Assembly (NCBI GenBank): GCA_965263035.1
Contig: OZ253580.1
Location: forward strand, 352,001-416,000
Direction: 5' to 3'
Length of the DNA: 64,000 bases
Source: Acidobacteriota bacterium
GTDB taxonomy: Bacteria; Acidobacteriota; UBA6911; RPQK01; JAJDTT01
The first letter of the stretch is position 1; the number at the start of each line of letters is the position of its first letter. Shown in pieces: positions 59,665 through 64,000 of this stretch. Below the pieces are notes generated by a model. It did no database searches, had not been told where the DNA came from, and saw only the letters and a list, made by a program, of their open reading frames with translations. A program made the position numbers and the translations under genes.

Positions 59665-60501
59665 ATGCCCGAACATCGCAAGACCAGCATCGGAATTGAC
59701 AACCCCTGGTACCCGGAGGGGGGACCGGGGCGGCACCTCAAGGCCCGGCTCAAGCGGGGTGAGGTGTTGATCGGCCCCATGCTGGAGGCGTATGCCCACC
59801 CGTCCCTGGTCAAGCTGTTCCAGCACGCGGGATTCGACTTCGTCTACATCGAGTACGAGCACAGCCTCTTCGGCCTGCAGGATCTGGCGGACACCATTCT
59901 CTCGGCCCGGGACAACGGTCTGCCCGTCATCGCCAAGACGCCACAATTGGAGCGTCAGGAGGTCTCGAAGCTGCTGGAGGCGGGAGTGGTGGGCATCCAG
60001 CTTCCCCGGACCGAGACCCGGGAGCAGGTCCAGAAGTTGCTGAGCTACCTGAAGTTTCCACCGGAGGGAACCCGGGCCGTGGCGCCGGGATGGGGCAACA
60101 GCGACTACCGGCACGTCACCGATTGGCAGGGCTGGATGGACGAACAGGACCAGGAGACCGCGGTGGTGGTGCATCTGGAAACGGTCCGCGGATACGAGAA
60201 CGCTGAGGAGATCCTGAGCCTGCCCGGGGTGGACATGTGTTACGTGGGCCCGGGAGATACTTCCATCGAGTTCGGACACCCGGGCGACTACGATCACCCT
60301 GCGGTGCGGGGCCCCATGGAGACGGTCCTGGAGCTCTGCAAGAAGTACGGCGTGGCCTTCGGCACCACCCCGTCGAGCGGCGGCGCCGCCGGCGAGTGGG
60401 CCCGCAAGGGAGCCACCTTCTTCGAAGCCGAATCGGAATTGGGATTCATCCGGACCGGGGCCGCAGCCCTGCTGGACGACTACCGGGCAAACATCAGATA
60501 A
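59665..60501 (+). CDS. HpcH/HpaI aldolase family protein
   Basis: GFDFVYIEYEH, FPPEGTR, LET..G..N..EI, VGPGD. Confidence 0.88.
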   Translation: MPEHRKTSIGIDNPWYPEGGPGRHLKARLKRGEVLIGPMLEAYAHPSLVKLFQHAGFDFVYIEYEHSLFGLQDLADTILSARDNGLPVIAKTPQLERQEVSKLLEAGVVGIQLPRTETREQVQKLLSYLKFPPEGTRAVAPGWGNSDYRHVTDWQGWMDEQDQETAVVVHLETVRGYENAEEILSLPGVDMCYVGPGDTSIEFGHPGDYDHPAVRGPMETVLELCKKYGVAFGTTPSSGGAAGEWARKGATFFEAESELGFIRTGAAALLDDYRANIR

Positions 60502-60505
60502 GGAT

Positions 60506-60585
60506 TGGAGCGGCGGTTTCCAACCGCCGAACTCCAGAGTGACAATTTGGCGCTGAAGAATGGGCGATTGGAAATCGCCCCTCCT
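60506..60585. repeat. REP-like palindromic repeat between convergent genes
   Basis: GGAGCGGCGGTTTCCAACCGCC ... GGCGATTGGAAATCGCCCCTCC. Confidence 0.55.
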
Positions 60586-60586
60586 G

Positions 60587-61255
60587 TCAGACCCGCTCCA
60601 CCGCTTCGGGACAGCGGACTCCCGTCCCGCCCAGACCGCAGTAGCCCGCAGGATTCTTGGCCAGATACTGCTGGTGGTAGTCCTCGGCGTAGAAATAATC
60701 GGGAGCCGGCAGGACCTCCGTGGTGACCCGACCGTATTCGGCCGCAGTCAGCTCCTGTTGGAACGGGTCCCTCGAGGCCACGGCCAAGTCATTCTGACGA
60801 TCGGAACCGGTGTAGATTCCTGAGCGGTACTGGGTCCCCACGTCGTTGCCCTGGCGCATACCCTGGGTCGGATCGTGGTTTTCCCAGAAGATTCGGAGCA
60901 TTTCTCCATAGCTCGTCCGCGTGGGATCGAAGACCACCAGGACCACTTCGTTGTGACCGGTCAGGCCGCTGCACACCTCCTGGTAGGTGGGGTTGGGGGT
61001 GCAACCACCAGCGTAGCCGACGGAGGTCGAGAAGACCCCGGAAGCCTCCCAGAACTTCCGCTCCGCGCCCCAGAAACACCCCAGTCCAAAGAGAGCCGTC
61101 TCCATCCCGTCCGGGAACGGGGGCAGGAGAGAACTGCCCAAGACAAAATGCCGGGCGGGAACCGGCATGCGGTCATTCCGGCCCGGAAGCGAATCCTCCG
61201 GTTTCGGCATTCTGAGCTTGCTGGAAAAGTCCCAAAAGATCATGTTCTCTCCCAC
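60587..61255 (-). CDS. msrA: Peptide methionine sulfoxide reductase A
   Basis: [39 protein letters not shown]. Confidence 0.95.
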   Translation of the reverse strand: MGENMIFWDFSSKLRMPKPEDSLPGRNDRMPVPARHFVLGSSLLPPFPDGMETALFGLGCFWGAERKFWEASGVFSTSVGYAGGCTPNPTYQEVCSGLTGHNEVVLVVFDPTRTSYGEMLRIFWENHDPTQGMRQGNDVGTQYRSGIYTGSDRQNDLAVASRDPFQQELTAAEYGRVTTEVLPAPDYFYAEDYHQQYLAKNPAGYCGLGGTGVRCPEAVERV

Positions 61256-61303
61256 ATTCCGGCGCGCCGTCCGGGAGCCGGTGATGCTGTTTCGAGTTCC
61301 TGC

Positions 61304-63649
61304 CTATTCCTCGGACCGCCGCAAGAAGACGTCGCTGGTGGCGACCGCCACGACCGCAGCGGAGATTCGATAGTCGTTCTCTTCCAGAGCGCGCCGCACC
61401 GACAGCACCGTGTAGAAGTCGCCGGACTGGAGCTCCCGGGTCAGGGCGTATACGACCAGATTCTCGGCAAAGTTCCGGACGAACGTCCGCCTCCGATGTT
61501 CCCGGAGCAGGTAGCGCTTCAGGTCCTGCAGACCCCGCACCAGGGTGCCGTCCGGCAATGGCTCGGGATCCGACACCGGATCCTGGCGCCGGCGTCCGAT
61601 GGCGTCGAACTCCTCCAGCGCCAAACCCAGAGGATCGATGCGGTTGTGACAACCGGCGCAGCGCGTGTCCTGGCGGTGCCTCTCCATCACCTCGCGCAAA
61701 CTCAACTCGGACCCGTCCCCGTCCTGGGAGTCCTCCAGCTTGCCCGTCTCCACCGGCGGCGGCAGCGTGGGCGTGCCCAGGATCTCATCCAGGATGTAGG
61801 CGCCGCGCTCGATGGCGCTGCGGCGATTCGGGTGGGAGGTGAGACTCAGGATGCCCGCCATGCCCAGCAGGCCGCCGCGGCTGTCGCTCTCGGACAACGA
61901 AACCTTCCGGAAGGCGTCGCCTTCGATCCCCTTCATGCCGTAGAAGTCGGCGAGCTCTCCGTTGACGAAGGTGAAGTCCGAGTCCAGGAGATTCAGGATG
62001 CTCAAATCCTGCCGAATGATCTCCTCGACGAAGCTTCGGATCTCTCCGTACATGGCCCCCTGAAGCGACTCGGAGAACGTGGGGAACTGCTCCCGCGAGA
62101 CGTTCAGATGGTCCCTCACCTTGTTGAACCTGAGCCACTGGCCCACGAACTGGGTGGCCAGAGCCGCGGCCCGGGGATCCCGCAGCATTCGCTTCACCTG
62201 GGCCGCCAGGACAACCGGGTCGTGGAGCCGTTCCTCCAGTGCCAGCCGGAAAAGCTCCCAATCAGGCGGTCCTGACCATATGAAGTAGGAGAGACGCGAC
62301 GCCACCGCGTGGTGCCCAAGCGGCCCGGTGGCCTTGGACGGCTTCCGTTTCTTGTCGCTCCAGTTGATCTGCTTCCTCTCCCAGCCGTGCTCTTCGGCCA
62401 GATAGACGAACTGGGGCGAGGCCAGAATGCCCTGCACCACCTTGCGGGCAGCGGTCTGGCGATCCATCCCCTCCCGGATCCGATTGTCCAGAAAAGCGGT
62501 CAGACCTCTGACTTCCGGCTCCCTCAACGGCCGGCGGTAGGCCCGTTCGGCAAAAACCAGCAGATGGTGCAGGGCCCGGGTGCGCCAAGCATCGGCCGGA
62601 AGCGGATCCGGAGTTACAACAGAATCCGGCGGCCCGAATCGGAGACCCCGGTCCGGGTCCAGGATGGCGTGGGAGGCGATCCGGTCGCCCGCTTGCATGT
62701 ACCGCGTCAGCTTGGTGGGCGACAACTGCATCTCATGACCCCGATTCGCGAAGCCGCCGTCGCTGGCCACGCCCCCCGGTTGGGTGAGGCGGCTCAGGTC
62801 CAGGTCGAGTCCGGTCAAGTCGCGAACCGTGTTGTCATACTCGTAGGGAGTCAACTGCCGCAGACGGGCATTGCTGGCCCGGGAGGATTCGGGGGTCACC
62901 CTCTCCTCCAGCGCCCGCTCGTACCACCTGGCGAAGAGCTCCCGCTCCCGTTCCGACGGCTGGTGCTTCTGGGCGGGATGGGGCATGGAACCGGTGGTGA
63001 TGGCCCGGGTCACGTTGCCCCAGGTCTTGTGCCATTTACGCAGCTCGTCATCGAACCGCATCTCGACACTTTCTTGCAGGTCGAGCCCCCCTTCCCGTGT
63101 GGCGTTGTCATGACAGCCGTAGCAGTAGTGCTTCAGGAAAGGGTGGATGTGCTCCTTGAACTTCAACTCCGAGGCGGGTCCTTGGAACTCCACGTAAGGG
63201 ATGGCCGGCTCGGAGGCCTTCTCGGCCGAAAGGTCCGCCGGTTCCGGCCAGGAGGACGCCCGGTCGATCCAGTCGGCCAGCAGGGCGATCTGCTCCGCCG
63301 TGGGCCGGGGAAGACCCTTGGGGGGCATGGTCTCAGGATGGTCCGGAGGCAGGCTGAGACGCTGGATCAGACGGCTTCCGGCCGAATTTCCGGCAATCAT
63401 CACCCGGCCGCTGTCACTGCCCCGAAGGGCGTTTTCGAACCGATCCAGCCGCAGGCCTCCCTGCGGGTTCTGCCCGCCATGGCAGCTCTGGCAGTATCGG
63501 CTGAGGAGGGGCCGGATCTTGGCGTCCCAGTCGCCGGGCGGCGGGGCCGGACGGCCCAGCACGCTTAGCCCCGCCGCACCCAGGAGCAGAGCCCACAGGA
63601 ATCCGCAGGTTCGGATACGGGACGAGCAACGTCCGGGAGCGGACGTCAT
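61304..63649 (-). CDS. DUF1592/DUF1588 planctomycete-type cytochrome c domain protein
   Basis: CQSCH, CYGCH, CAGCH; RLSYFIW..PPD, FVGQWL, IDPLG. Confidence 0.88.
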   Translation of the reverse strand: MTSAPGRCSSRIRTCGFLWALLLGAAGLSVLGRPAPPPGDWDAKIRPLLSRYCQSCHGGQNPQGGLRLDRFENALRGSDSGRVMIAGNSAGSRLIQRLSLPPDHPETMPPKGLPRPTAEQIALLADWIDRASSWPEPADLSAEKASEPAIPYVEFQGPASELKFKEHIHPFLKHYCYGCHDNATREGGLDLQESVEMRFDDELRKWHKTWGNVTRAITTGSMPHPAQKHQPSERERELFARWYERALEERVTPESSRASNARLRQLTPYEYDNTVRDLTGLDLDLSRLTQPGGVASDGGFANRGHEMQLSPTKLTRYMQAGDRIASHAILDPDRGLRFGPPDSVVTPDPLPADAWRTRALHHLLVFAERAYRRPLREPEVRGLTAFLDNRIREGMDRQTAARKVVQGILASPQFVYLAEEHGWERKQINWSDKKRKPSKATGPLGHHAVASRLSYFIWSGPPDWELFRLALEERLHDPVVLAAQVKRMLRDPRAAALATQFVGQWLRFNKVRDHLNVSREQFPTFSESLQGAMYGEIRSFVEEIIRQDLSILNLLDSDFTFVNGELADFYGMKGIEGDAFRKVSLSESDSRGGLLGMAGILSLTSHPNRRSAIERGAYILDEILGTPTLPPPVETGKLEDSQDGDGSELSLREVMERHRQDTRCAGCHNRIDPLGLALEEFDAIGRRRQDPVSDPEPLPDGTLVRGLQDLKRYLLREHRRRTFVRNFAENLVVYALTRELQSGDFYTVLSVRRALEENDYRISAAVVAVATSDVFLRRSEE

Positions 63650-63659
63650 GACGGCCTCC

Positions 63660-64000
63660 TCAACCGGAAAGCGTGGACCCGAGTGAATCGGTGGCTTCCT
63701 TGAACCGGTCCATAGGGGCTCCCATGTTCTCGGCCAGCGACAGAAAGAGCTGAGACATGGATCCGCCCTGGAAATCGATGGCTCGGCCGGTCTTGATCCG
63801 GCCGCCCGCACTTCCGGCCAACAGGATGGGATACTGGTTGCAGGTGTGGCGATTCCCGTCCCACATGCCGGAGCCGATCATGACCATGGAATGATCCAGC
63901 AGGGTTCCCTCCCCTTCCTTCACCTCGTCCATCTTCTGGAGCAGATAGGTGTACTCGGAGACGTGCCAGCGGTTGATGAGATGATACTGGTGCAGCGAAC
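63660..64000 (-). CDS. DUF1552 domain protein (5' part outside the window)
   Basis: EGEGTLLDHSMV..GS.M.DGN.H...YPILLAG; usual partner of DUF1592 genes. Confidence 0.8.
   Translation of the reverse strand, partial: SLHQYHLINRWHVSEYTYLLQKMDEVKEGEGTLLDHSMVMIGSGMWDGNRHTCNQYPILLAGSAGGRIKTGRAIDFQGGSMSQLFLSLAENMGAPMDRFKEATDSLGSTLSG

Noticed and set aside
1-64000. CRISPR array, cas genes, tRNA/rRNA or reverse transcriptase
   Set aside because: No regularly spaced repeats or such genes seen by eye; short RNA genes could have been missed

Overview
GC-rich bacterial chromosome segment. The gene content (Acidobacteria-type TonB receptor, DUF1501/DUF1552/DUF1592 proteins, sialidases) suggests an Acidobacteriota-like or PVC-like organism; this is an inference. 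Most of the window is metabolic and transport genes: mtnA, tsaD, msrA, wzm/wzt with GT2s, AcnX, amidase, S9 peptidase and vapBC. The standout is a ~10.56 kb integrated element at 10257-20823, bounded by an 11-bp direct repeat (AAATCGGATTG). It splits the periplasmic-adaptor gene of a MacAB-like ABC operon, and exact excision restores that reading frame. The element encodes a Cre-like tyrosine recombinase and a minimal HK97-type head/packaging set in an unusual order: TerL, HNH, head-closure-like protein, capsid, P-loop protein, protease, connector, portal. I found no tail, lysis, repressor, replication or TerS gene. It also carries a highly structured ~600-nt non-coding region, a lower-GC three-gene cargo operon ending in a candidate ADP-ribosyltransferase-like toxin, and a near-consensus promoter at its right end that would face the integrase only after circularisation. 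It looks like a capsid-forming, tail-less phage satellite of unusual architecture. Just to its left is a decaying defence-like islet (CBS-HEPN, PD-(D/E)XK nuclease, RelBE remnant). Several pseudogenes, a MITE and REP-like repeats are also present. All family calls come from motif recognition by eye; no database searches were run.
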